A stretch of DNA of 64,000 nt from Nitrospirales bacterium (GCA_965203295.1 CBDBCZ010000014.1:576001-640000); one strand, 5' to 3'. Positions 1-11,790 are shown, counted from the first letter of the stretch. The notes: generated by a model from the sequence alone, not told the origin. Program-made: numbers and translations.

Positions 1-217
1 GAGCAGCATATTACGATTGTGCACTGCATATAATTTGTTTATTCCCACATATCTGCTATCTCTAAAGAAGATTAATGTGTGCACTCTGTCAGAGTAGGCA
101 ATTAATTGGAAGCAGTAACTTCCCCAATTCTCTCGGCTAGGAATACACTGATCTCAAAGTTGGCTGTCAATATGAGGCATAGTTACTTACATTGCTCCTT
201 ATATATGGTTCATTCCA

Positions 218-400
218 GCTGCGTGAGCTGGCGCGAAAAGCATGGACGCGCACGGCGCATATCGTAGCGTGCCCGCCCCCACATTTATTACTTCGTGGTT
301 CCTTAGCTAGCTGTCGGTTCCTTGTCGCGTTCTCGATTCCTATAATACATGAAATGAGAGGTATGGCAGTAGACGCGAACAGGTCGAAGTCTCACTTATC
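218..400. promoter_or_regulatory. CpG-rich putative (possibly bidirectional) promoter upstream of the CEP78-like gene; copies at 34480-34660 and 46570-46750, diverged copies at 16076-16240 and 63780-63945
   Basis: Local CpG enrichment with a GC box (cccgccccc) in otherwise CpG-poor DNA. The CEP78 ATG directly follows an acceptor (ccttag|ATG), which implies an upstream non-coding exon. Confidence 0.4.
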
Positions 401-538
401 ATTGCCGGGTCTTTGTTTTTGTTTGTTTTTTATTTTCTTTTGGGGGGCGGGGAAGTGAGTTTGACTAAAGCTGCAAACAAAGGTATTATTAGTATCTCTG
501 CTGCAAACTACAGCAACCAGAGTCAAGGTACGTAGCAC

Positions 539-562
539 CATAGATAACTTCTACTATCTATG
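539..562. mobile_element. 24-bp CATAG...CTATG remnant with 7-bp TSD (P-like footprint)
   Basis: GTAGCAC|catagataacttctactatctatg|GTAGCAC. Confidence 0.7.
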
Positions 563-672
563 GTAGCACGTTAGTCTAGCTAGCTCCAACTTCTACCAAC
601 TTTGGGATCGCTTACAGTATTGCAGTAAATTATAATCCATGAACTGCCTTGAAACCAGTGGCGCATCAGGGC

Positions 673-768
673 TAGCCTCGTTCCCAGGCCCGCGACTTTT
701 TCGGTTGCACGAAGGAAAGTCACATCTTTCGTGTAACCGAAAATGGCGCGGGCCTGGGAACGAGGCTA
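673..768. mobile_element. 96-bp palindromic MITE (TAGCCTCGTTCCCAGGCC...GGCCTGGGAACGAGGCTA) with 9-bp TSD; copies at 34100-34195 and 47035-47130
   Basis: Perfect TIRs, flanked by CATCAGGGC at 664-672 and 769-777. Absent from the older paralogous segment at ~11245. Confidence 0.9.
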
Positions 769-2164
769 CATCAGGGCCACTCCAGATCATCTGATTTTAA
801 TTGTGTTATACAGCTAGGAGGAGCTGGGTTCTCACGTGCATGCTAAGCGTTTGTGTAGCGTCTCACGCTAGTACGGTCTTGCGTTGCTGCAGTGCATGCG
901 ACTGCGAAGAGGTGTGGCTTTCTTGACTGACTGCACATGCTGCATATTTGGTGAGTGTAGTAGGGAAGCTTTAGGGTGTCCATAAGGAAAATTATCAGCA
1001 GCAACATCATCAGCAACTGTAAACCATTACAACTGAAACTTGTATGACTCAATAAATTATTCCACAATGGTTTATCCACCTAGAGCAAAATACCATGGAT
1101 AGCCAAAGACACTTAGTGTTAGGGGAGTACAAAGGTTGATGATCATTACAAAATGATTGGTTTGTTTGCCTGATTCACTCAGGGAGAAGTGCACTCGGGC
1201 AAACAATGCCTACTGACTTTAGAGCGATCTTGCTACTTTTGCTGTCCACATGTTGGTGTAGCCTTCACCTACAGATTCTATAATATCATAGAGACAATCC
1301 TAACTTTCTTTGTTTGCCAGACCTCTAGAATCCTGATTTGCCTATACTTGTAGCTGCAGCATTTAATTAGTGTACTGGAATGCTTAATCAGCCGTGAAAG
1401 ATACCAAATTGGGTTATAAAAATGGTATCTGAAACACTGTGGGAAGCTGATATGGCGTATGTACATGTACCAGTTTCCACAGCAAGAGGGAAACACCCAG
1501 CCCTGTACCATAGCTGCTCCAAACCTTCATTGGGCTTTTGCTGAACCAGGATTTGAACTCACGTCCCATATGCAGCTCTATGGCCAGTGTCTCCAGACAC
1601 TGCACTTACTGCTCCCAGCACCTGAAGGTGTTGGTGACCCTTGTATACCTTTAATACACTGCTAGCCTCTTTCCCAAGCCTGCCTGCAGAGATCTTTGTA
1701 CTTTACTTACGGCCACATGTTGCACACAAATTCATAGAGTGTGTCACTAAAGATGTTTGATGGAAGACTTGAATAGCATTCTGTTTATAACCTTCTGTGG
1801 GGCTTTATATTGTCACATTAAATAAAGATCTTAGTCCCACCATTTCTTCTACTGTCATTTTAGTACAGACTTGCAACAACTACATTTAATTTTTGGCACA
1901 ATTTGTTTATCAAAATGAGTGCAAAGCACCTTCTTATTCACATATATGTTGTGAAATAGGTGCTTGAACTTCTTTCATAATCCATTGAAGCAGCAGTTTA
2001 CATGTACTTGCAAGACAATGCAGCTACTAATCTAAACCTACCAGAAAGAAATACATCTAGTATACGTACATGTAGCTATAGGGAGTTAACTATATTCAGA
2101 GCAGCTTGTGCATGGTACGGTATAGCTAGTTTCTCTATATCAGAAATTGCTATTCCATCCTTAG

Positions 2165-5100
2165 ATGGAGGCTGTTTGCATTCGTCAGCGAGGAGCTGAA
2201 GACTTTGTAGCTTACTATGAAAGTCTGTGTGCCCTGGAGGACACGTGTCCTATAGCCAGTATCCGCAGTGGAGCCAAGGAAGGAGTGCTGAGTTGTCGGG
2301 TCTTCAAGGCTAAGAGAAACGACTGGCACCCACTTCTGACTGCTTTACAGATCAACAAGGCACTGCATACTGTTGTCTTCATAGACAAATGGGAGGAAAG
2401 ACTTTACCCAACTGTGAGAAGCCTTGGTATGTAATTAGACCCTTTGTCTATGGTACTGTAAATAGTGGTCAGTACACCAATACATGTAGTTAGACAGTAC
2501 CTCCATTAATCCAGTGACTTTTTACAAGTATATTATGCTAGCCTTCATGCAACCAAATGAAGTGAGGGCCTGGGAGCGAGGATAGATGTACATTTGCACA
2601 GGGCAGCTTTGTGTACAGCATAAGCAGAAAGCTTCCAGTTGATTGACTGCTGTGTAGGTATGTTTATAATAGATACTTTTTATCACACCATAGATAGTAG
2701 AGTAGAAGGATAGGAAGTCCTTCTACTCTACTATCTATGATCACACTAATTAAGCTTGTGCTTTGCAGTATATACATCACTGCATATACTGATATATAAC
2801 GGAATGACTTCATGATAGATCTATTCAAGGGGGATTGGCAGACAGGTATCCAGAGTGGCTTTTAAAAGATTGGAAGTCACATTTTAGTTGCTCTTCCTGT
2901 GTATGGTACCATGCCTTACAAAACAAGGACTAAAGCTGTCACTGAATTGAACTGGAGAGAAGCCTAAGAAGCCTATTTTTCTTGCTGTAATGAAGGAAGG
3001 AACTTCTTGCGTGTAGCTACGTAGTAATGAGATTGTATATACGTATATGTACTGATATACATCTCAGATACATTACTACGGTGGTAATAGGTCTATCCTG
3101 GTACGAGGCTACATTTATTTACTACACCTTTACTATTTCTGCAGCAACATTGCCTGCACAGACAAAGTGAAGCCTCCGATCATAAAAGCTCAAACTGGAA
3201 AAGATACCAGGTCTGCACAGAGCTACACTATAAATCTCAACGTTGACATTGGTGATAAAGGTGCACAGGAGTTTGCGGAAGCACTCAGAGATGATGTGTG
3301 CCTCAGAGGTATGTACGTACATGTGGGTTAGCTTCTTCCAACCTTCTCTATGGTTTCATCTGGATGTGGGGAGTCGTAGAATAATTATCATCTATTTAAT
3401 GTGGCAGTCCAAATAAAGAAGTCAAGCTCTTTGGGAAGCAGTGAGGTGGAAAAAAACATTTACGTACAGTGTGCACATTCATACATTGTAGATCCAATCA
3501 TATCTTATACAGTCACTTGTGTAATTTACGTACAGGATTGTAAATTCAATACAGTTATGCCTGTAATGATGGTACAATTACTTCTGTAACTCCCAGCCAT
3601 AGATCCAGTCCTGTGGTGTCACTACTGATGGGGCAGTCAGTCTTCTGGAAGTACTGAAAGTGAACACATGTCTCATAGTGCTTGACCTGAGAGCACCCCC
3701 CTTGATTGGTATGTAGAGGTGTGTGTGTGTGTGCTATATGTAGCTAGCTATAGCCTCATTCTCGTCTCCACTCCCCAGCTTTTTGCACATACGTAGTATG
3801 TAGTGTGTTGTACTACGTATATGCAAAGTAAGTTGAGACTAAGAGCAAGGCTTACGTAGCTGAATATCGTGAATTATTTGCAGAAATGCAAACATTTTGA
3901 TAACTTAGCTGTTTTCCACAGTGATGAATGTAATAAGCCATACATAATGTTCGTATTGTACCGGTTCCCAAAATGAATTGTACATTGTACAAAGTTTATA
4001 CTGATGTTCTTGTCTCTTTCACAAAGGAGCAGCAGCTTTCCCATATTCTACTATGATATTGCACCTGAGTGTGCAAGGCCACAGTTTTAAACTAGAACCA
4101 TGCAGGCCATTACACTATCTCGGTGTCTGAAACTGCAGCTTTAACTACTTTCTGGGGATTTTACTGCTGTGTTTAGTATCAATGTATTTTCAAAGCAGCT
4201 TTCAGTCTGCCTTTATTTCTGCTCAGATGATGATGTGGTAGACTCCATCTGTGAGCAACTGTCTGTTAATGTTGCAAGTGTGAGAGATAAAGATGAGGTT
4301 TGCAGTACATATACAACATATCGTTCTAGTGGCATGCTCATTGTAGTGCCATACACTTGTGTTAAATGGTACCTCTTGCAATAGCATGGATGTTGTCTTC
4401 ATGAAAGAATTGAAACAAGTGCTGAGAAGACCAACAACCTACAGCAAATGAAGCGTAAATCACATTGCACCACTTCCAATTCCTGTGAGGAAATTCCAAT
4501 TAGCATGTTTGGAAAACGATTTTTAAATTTTCTTTAAATAGTTTATGTTAATGTTATAGTGCAATAAGTGCAGAATCTATTGCAACAATACAATGAAACA
4601 AAATTGATAAAACAATACATAGTAACAATTCAATTGTCAAGTTCAGCTTGACAATTTAACTTAACGCTTTGATAATTTAACTTAACGCTTCATCAAATCT
4701 TTCACTGACTGCGGCAGCCGAACCAGCTTACCATCCTTCATGTTCAATTAGGAACGTAACTACAGCATCTACTAATGGGATATGTTCGGTCCTATTGACC
4801 TTTCTCCTCTGTAATATTTTGTGCAAGTGAAAAGAATAGCTTTAGGTGATCTGGCTAGCTCTATCAAAGGCCATTCTTACACCCCTGCTACACATTTATG
4901 TTCACATTATGTTTAATTTAAAAGCTCATCTACAGTAACTATTGATTGGATTTACATACATAATACATTATAGTACTCCACTGCAAGTATAGAACAATTA
5001 TCTAGTAAGTGCCTGGACTATTTCTTTTTCTCGCAGAGCTATGTGTGTCTTGAAGTTGAAGCCGAGCGCATTTTGCAAGTAGTGCAGGGTAGCAGATCAG

Positions 5101-5673
5101 CTCCTGGACTAAAGAAGCACAGAAGCCACACAGTGACTCCTCTTGGAGTGAGATATTCTCCACGCAAAAGAAGTGCTAAAAGTTGCAAAAGGTATGCACA
5201 TACATACGTATATGCATGTCTAAGGTAAAATGGGTGTGTATACATAACATCCACACTTGCATATTGCTGTACCACAACTGTTAAAAGTAAGATCTGCTAA
5301 ACTCCCAAGTCTCTGCTAAGTAACAGGTCAGGCCAAGAGCTAAAAAAATATAGCGAAAGTAACCTCATTTCCAGTCTCCACTTTTGTCAAGTATGTGTTG
5401 GTGTGAAGAAATTGAAGCTAGCAGTGGAGACTGGAATCACGAAGCTACAATTATCCGACTTGTTAGCAGCTGTAAGTTGCGAAACAGGATTATCGTAACT
5501 CGCCAGCCTACCAGTACATGTATTCCACTTGTTGGCTAAATACAGGCACATACAGCAAGCTAGCTTGTCCATTTTGTATTACTTAGAGAAAGATTGTGAA
5601 TCCTGCAGAACAATTACTGTTTTCCTATAGGAAGAACCCTCCAGCTCAGTCACAGTCAAGCCATCGGTTTAAG
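2165..5673 (+). pseudogene. CEP78: CEP78-like (centrosomal LRR protein) disrupted gene, copy A; exons approx 2165-2426, 3144-3308, 3597-3708, 4228-4297, 5037-5191, 5631-5673
   Basis: MEAVCIRQRGAEDFVAYYESLCALEDTCP...DWHPLLTALQINK matches the CEP78 N-terminus as I remember it. Later exons give NLNVDIGDKGAQEFAEALRDDVCLR and QSCGVTTDGAVSLLEVLKVNTCLIVLDLR (CEP78 LRRs), with GT-AG boundaries. Frameshifts and an in-frame TAA lie near 3175-3185 and 3605; middle and 3' exons were not found. Confidence 0.85.
2689..2739. mobile_element. 51-bp perfect hairpin CATAG...CTATG with 7-bp TSD (P-like mini element)
   Basis: 22-bp arms catagatagtagagtagaagga / tccttctactctactatctatg, flanked by ATCACAC on both sides. 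Confidence 0.8.
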
Positions 5674-6409
5674 GTATGTATACTGAGTTGATTTTGTGCA
5701 CTACATATCATGCAGATAACGTGTTTGCCTATAATGTTATGATTAATCTATGGTATTTGCACAGTGCATTTCACCCAACTTATTGTAATAGTACCAGTTA
5801 TAGCCCATGCGATAAATTGTGGAACTCCACAGCAGTTCCTCTTCCTTGTCTGTAAAGGCATATCTGCATTCAATGAATGCTTAACTTTCCTTTTGAATTC
5901 TATTTCACTTTCCGTTGAAGGTGTTATGGGATCCAGCACCTTTTCTCTTTTGGAAAGTAGGACACGTTCCTGTGTAGTAATCAAGGAGTCAGGTTTTCCA
6001 CCATGCAAAGATATGCTAGTACATGTATTTGTCCAGGTTCACTTGGAGGTACGTACACAGGTAGAAGTCTTCTGGGCTGCTTCTCTGTTTTGACCAATGA
6101 TGATTCCATGTTGTTAGGATGGATTGGATCTAGTGATGATTTGGCCAGCCACTGTTAGTTCTATGGATGGCTTTAATGATCAGGACATCCTAGCGTGTAC
6201 AGTAATGAGTCAGCGGCTGAGTCAAGATGTGTCCATGATTAGTCCCTCTGTGTAATACTTGGGAATACTTTGATTATAGCACATCACAGTATGAGATAGC
6301 ACATAGTGTGCGATGCAATTAATGCTGCAGAAGGCAAACTGCAGCATACTACTTGCTATAATTATATTACTGTATCCTAAATTGATTAGCTTATTACACA
6401 TAAAAATCG

Positions 6410-6483
6410 GGACCCAGCTGGGGATTGAACCCAGGACCTTCTGAATACTAGTCAGATGCTCTTACCAATTGAGCTACTGGAGC
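6410..6483 (-). tRNA. tRNA-Thr(AGT)-like gene or tRNA-derived element, copy A
   Basis: Cloverleaf GCTCCAG TAGCTCAATTGGTAAGAGC A TCTGA-CTAGTAT-TCAGA AGGTC CTGGG-TTCAATC-CCCAG CTGGGTC. A and B boxes are present, with a T5 terminator downstream. The acceptor stem has a C:T mismatch. Confidence 0.7.
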
Positions 6484-7744
6484 CCCCTTGGCAGAGGAGC
6501 AGTAGGCAAGCTTTATATAGCCACTAAACCCGCCAGTAGCACTTGCCAGTAGGACCCAGCCAATTCCAACTGTAACATGTATGTCCGTACATATCATGCA
6601 GAAGGCAAACTGCAGCATATTACTTGCAATGCTATATATATATATTATTGTATCCTAAAATGATTAGCCTATTACATGTATAGAAATTGTGTATTGACAA
6701 CTACATGTATGTATGTATATATCATGTATAGGCTTATAAACTCATGCAATCTGCACTGTTGAAATACAACACTTGGCCTACTACTAAGAGCCTATACTAT
6801 ATTGATACGTACATAGCCCATGTTCTATCCAGACAGTGATAGCCATGCAAAGCCACATTAGTGTCAGCGTGAGCTGCTGGAGTAGAGAAAGCAAAGTGTG
6901 ACTGCCCTAGTTTAAATAGGGCTGAAAGAAGGTGAACAGAGTGAACCCGCTGTGATTGTTTCAAACCTTCTCATCATTCTTTGAAGGGATCTTCATCAAT
7001 TACTAATTGCCTCAGATGTTCTTCAGTTTCCTTAGTCTTTTCTGCCTAATTTCTGCTCTCTGAGCACACCTCAAACTATGCTAACCATTGGTGGATTTCA
7101 ATACTTCAACTTTCTGCTCCAATATAGCTCTCTCTTCTTAATGTCATAATTCCATTGATTTGAACACAAGTGTTCTCAGACACCACAATATTATTTGCTG
7201 TTGTACTCACAACTGGGCAGCTCATAAGCAGTTATCACTTACAAATTACACTCGGGTTTTGTATAGAGGGCAGTACACTAGGATCTCCACCCCCAAGAAT
7301 TTAGTAAAAAATTCCATTGATTTGAACACAAGTGTTTGGTAGTGGACTAGCAGCCAAAGTCCAATACGCTTCTAGGCATCTATTTTTTCAAACATTTTTA
7401 GACCCCCCCCCCCCTGCCCATAGAAGACCATACATGTACTGTACATGCTGCGTATTTCGCGTGTGTCTGTTCACTATTTGTCTCCCCCCTCCAGCAAAGA
7501 ATCCTGTATGAAACCCTGCACACTAAGTAGCATGTCCTTGCAACTTGTTGAGCTGTACACCTGTATCTGTGCTCAGCAAAGCATCTTCCACTTGTGCATG
7601 TCTAGCTCTCAGGCTCCTGTTATGGTAGCACTTACTAGTAGGCCCCAACTGTAGTTACTGTCTCAAGTAGTTACTTTAGTCTGCTGAATGACAGAAGTTC
7701 TTTGTAGTTCTTGACCCGTTCTGTCATACCTTTCTTTCCTTCAG

Positions 7745-10706
7745 AGAACAAGTGGGTGCAGCAGCAGATTCCAGCGTGCCATCCTGTCTTCACAGCCCGT
7801 CATGTGTCTTTTGTCTTCTTCATTGTTGGGGTGATCTTCCTTGCTCTCGAAGTTACCTTTCTCGTTGTTGCAATGAGGGTAAGTGACCTAACATAACAGT
7901 GATGTTTATTTGCATGTACATGTAGATTCAAGTAAGAGCCCTCTGAATTATACCAGTCAAGTCTTAACCATTAACCACGAGCTACATGTTACTTAGACCA
8001 TGGTTTATCCTAAGCATTATCACGTAATTCCAAGGGTGAAACCCGAGGGATTGTGTGTGTATTTACTTTACAGCCCGCCAGTAGACATGGTCTAACCGGC
8101 TTGTATCTTGGGCACTGGCCTAACCAACTCTGGTAGTTTAGCCTCGTTCTCTGTACCATCCCTGAGACTAGCACTATCAATATTAGTGTTGATGAAGCGT
8201 CAAATCGCCTACTCTATAGTAGGTGATTTACAGTCTGCACTATCGGGTGAAGTTTGTACAGTCTATAGTAGGTACTGTTGAGGCCAGAAAATATGGAGTG
8301 GCGATGTGTACATATTTTGGAGAGCTATAAAAATTTTATATAATAGAGATTCAATTAAGATCACACATGGAAACAAGGTGTCCTCTATAGGGAATACCCA
8401 TTGAGCACTGTAGCTTTAAGCTAACAGTACACTTGGCCATACATATATCACCCTGTTGGCATGTACATGTACATGTGTATGTGGCGTTACTTTATAGTAA
8501 GACTCAAGCCAATTTCTACTGATAATATTAGTATTCCACTGCTGTTATTGTATATTGTTGTTGTATACTGTTGTCTTTACATCCCATCTATACTCAGATA
8601 CGTGAGGTGGAAATTCCCTATACTAATTGTGAACCAGTTCCTAGTGATGTCCCTTTCATACGTAACTTCCAGACGTGTTCCGAGTACCTGGCCAATATAA
8701 GTGCTCTAAGTAACATTGAGAGGCGTGATTTTGAAGACTGCCACTGCCGGGTGAATTTCACTGTCCCGGAGGAGCTGCGCTCTCCATGGTACATGTACTG
8801 TGGTCTTGGCAACTACTTCCAGAACCACCGTTGCTACGTCAACTCCTGGGATGTGAAACAGCTGCGAGGAAATCGAGGGAGCTTCTTGAACCCCTCCGGT
8901 GACTGTAACCCCATACGGAATGTTGAGAACACTAATGGCACACGTATGCCTGTTGTACCTTGTGGACTCATTGCAAACAGCTTGTTCAATGGTGAGCATA
9001 CTTTAACAAGTTTGCTTACTTAGGGTCAGGATTAATTAGTAGATTGTTTGTTGTGAGTGGAGTGGAATTTCCACTAGAAACAATGCATGGACTCTCTGAG
9101 TCTACTAGCAAATATTGTGGGAGCGAACCTTCCAAAGAAATTTCTAACGCCAAATGCAGATTTTGGTTTTGATGGATTACTAGATATCTACATGTACGTA
9201 TATGACTTTTGCTTCACCATACTGCATCTTCAGTGATGGCCCATCTCACTTTTAAAATGTTAATACAATGCTTTTCTAGATCTGGCAAAATGCGAACAGT
9301 CACAATGTTTTGTGCACTCCAATGTAGTGATTAGAGTGGATCGTGCGTACATAGTAAAATTCCTGAACACACCTGTGTGTAGTTTGTCCTTGTTCATGTA
9401 GACGTCTGAGTTTAAGTATGTGGGCTGTGTAAATTATTATTGTGTTTGTCTCTCCTTCTAGACTCATTTGATATGTTCATGAATCGTGATACGGGTGAGA
9501 ACATGACCTGCTGTAATAGAACCAACTTTGCCTGGGATACTGACCGTAGTGTTCGTTTCCAAAACCCAAACGGCGCCCCTGAGGTCAGCCCTGAGGATCT
9601 TGTTGACACCACCATGCCCCCCAACTGGCCGTATGATCTTTCAGAAATTCCTGGGGGACTGGAGAGCGAGAGCTTTATTGTTTGGTTTCGTGTGTCAGCA
9701 TTTCCAAAATTCCGCAAACTGTATGGCCGACTGCAAGAGAGTGGTTCCAGTGATATTAATCTCCCTGCAGGAAACGACTCCATCTTTCTCACTTACAGTA
9801 TCCTTCATATTAATGCAATAGTTGTATACATTGTACGTGGCCTCGTTCCTAAGCTCCCCACATTTCATACTGCAAGTGACTAAAACTGGGTTGAGGCATG
9901 GGGAGGAGGCTAGCGTGTATGACTGTGGTCCTAGTTGGAAAGTGAACAAATTCAGTTGCATATTTTGATCATGTCACTACATTAGTGCAGAACACGGTGA
10001 CTGTTATGGGTAGGGCTCAAATGTTATGTGTCGTTGCATCAGTAGTTGTTCCATGTACACTGTGCATTTAAGCCCCACCCATTAACAGAAAATAAGCAAT
10101 ATAAGACATTGAATGCAGTGACAATCTTGGTAGAATAATGTTCATGGGACTGCCACATATTAGTCTAACTTGAAGCATGATGTCATCGCTAAAACAGCTT
10201 ACTAAAGTTCTTGTACATAATGAAGTGGACAAGATATTTAAGTGACTCCTTGCTTGATAGCCATTTGCTGGTGATGTATATGTTGGCTCCTCTCTGTGTG
10301 GTAGCTATGTAGCATGCATCTAGCTAGTATAAATCACTTAGCCAGTTCAAACTGAGATTCTTAAGGTGCATATGCAGGTATGTGTATATCTCTGAAAGTT
10401 GTTTGCACAGTGTAAGTTAAAGTTATCAGCCAGTTTCCTTAACCTACAGCAGACTACCCTGTTCGTGAATATAAAGGGACCAAATCTCTCTTCCTTGCTG
10501 AGATCTCCTGGCTAGGTGGACGGAACCTGTTCTTGGGCATTGCGTACATTGTGACAGCAACTCCGTCGATAATTGCAGGCTTGGTGCTGCTGCTAATACA
10601 CTTCGCCTGTTCACACTGGTATGTAGATGTAGTTTCTACTGCCATTGGTTTATGTAGCTTTGTCCCCAGGCTCTCTCGCAGCAAAAGTTGGGCAGAGGCC
10701 TTGTAG
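7745..10706 (+). CDS. TMEM30A: CDC50/TMEM30-family P4-ATPase flippase beta subunit, copy A; exons 7745-7878, 8598-8991, 9462-9797, 10453-10618, 10670-10706; start exon not found; possibly a pseudogene
   Basis: Motifs QQQIPA..P.FTA plus a TM segment, NYFQNHR.Y..S, PCGLIANSLFND, E.FIVWFRVSAFPKFRKLYG, NYPV, ISWLGGRNLFLGIAYI. The spliced frame is open across the visible exons, but conserved positions are substituted (YYG->YCG, HRRY->HRCY). The symbol indicates family, not proven orthology. Confidence 0.85.
9798..10452 (+). other. U12-type (minor spliceosome) GT-AG intron in the CDC50-like gene; also 24408-25061 (-) and 56166-56820 (+)
   Basis: 5' site GTATCCTT and branch site TTCCTTAAC 9 nt before the 3' junction. 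Splicing restores LTY-N-YPV. Confidence 0.88.
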
Positions 10707-11214
10707 GTTTAATGTGTGGGTGTTTAATGGACTGAATGAGGGCCACTCCCATAGTCTCTGTAAGTGTGTATATAGTTACCATTGCAGTCATGATCTTGAC
10801 CAGCTAGTGATTGCACTGATTTGTCCATTTGCACAAGGCCTCTCCTGTTGTGCTATTGATTGTCAACTGGCACTTTTGTAAGCTTATTCCAAGCCCTCTG
10901 CTTATTTGGGTACATGAAGATAAAGACGTTCCTGTTAATGTCCAATGGTGTGGACCTGGTAATTAATTTAAGGTATATAGCATTTTTTCACTCCTTGGCC
11001 CACTGTTGTTTAGAACCATGGGAAACAGTATGATGTTTTGCTACTGTGGACAATTCTAACTTCTAAGTAGATACATTAACAGGTACGGATCGAGATGACT
11101 GCAGTTGCGACTATAGAGTCTATGGGAGTGATCCTCGGAGGTCGTAGTCCTATCCCACCTCGGTTCTACCACAAGTGTCTGTTTTTTCCTTTGCAGGAAA
11201 CACTCAAGAAATTG

Positions 11215-11790
11215 AAATCCATGAACTGCCTTGAAGCCAGTGGTGCATATCAATGCCACTTGTAATCATCTTATGTCTATAAAGTTGATGTGTTATACAT
11301 ATTAATATTTGTGTACAGACTGCGGGCTGCGGTTCTAGCAGTAACGGGAGGGAGGAGCTGACTTCTCACGTGCATGCTAATCGTTAGTACTGTAGTAAGC
11401 TTTAATATAGTCTCACGCCAGTGTACGGTCTTGCGTCGCTGCAGAGCAACTGCGAAGATCCTCAAGAAGTGTGGCTTTCTGAGTGAGTGCATGTTGGTGA
11501 GTGTAAAGCTTAGCAGAGAATACAGTAGCTTCATTTAAGGTGACCGTAAGATAAATTATTATTAGCAGAAACATCATCAGCACCATAAACCATTACTGAT
11601 TCTCCAACTGAAACTAGTATGACTCAATGAATTACTCCACAATGGCATATATACCAAGAGCCAAGTGTGAGGGACAGCCAAAGACACTAGTGTTAGTAAA
11701 ATACAGAGGCTGAGGATCATTACAAAATGATTGGACATGTGCCTGACTCACTCGGGGAGGAGTGCACCCTGGCACTCAATGCCTACGACT
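11215..11790 (+). repeat. Old direct paralog of 635-1220 within the cassette
   Basis: Shared blocks atccatgaactgccttgaa.ccagtgg, ggaggagctg..ttctcacgtgcatgctaa, gatcattacaaaatgattgg, caatgcctac. Confidence 0.8.

Noticed and set aside
7148..7336. 27-bp direct repeat aattccattgatttgaacacaagtgtt, 162 bp apart
   Set aside because: Only two copies and no element hallmarks between them; probably a local duplication.
7993..8095. ttagaccatg...catggtctaa inverted repeat with a cccgaggg core in the CDC50 intron
   Set aside because: Probably a decayed hairpin repeat, but too degenerate to define ends or family.
9412..9961. Overlapping and antisense ORFs over the CDC50 exons (e.g. 9412-9792 -, 9528-9821 +, 8706-8999 -)
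   Set aside because: Shadow frames of a real exon, with no recognisable motifs.
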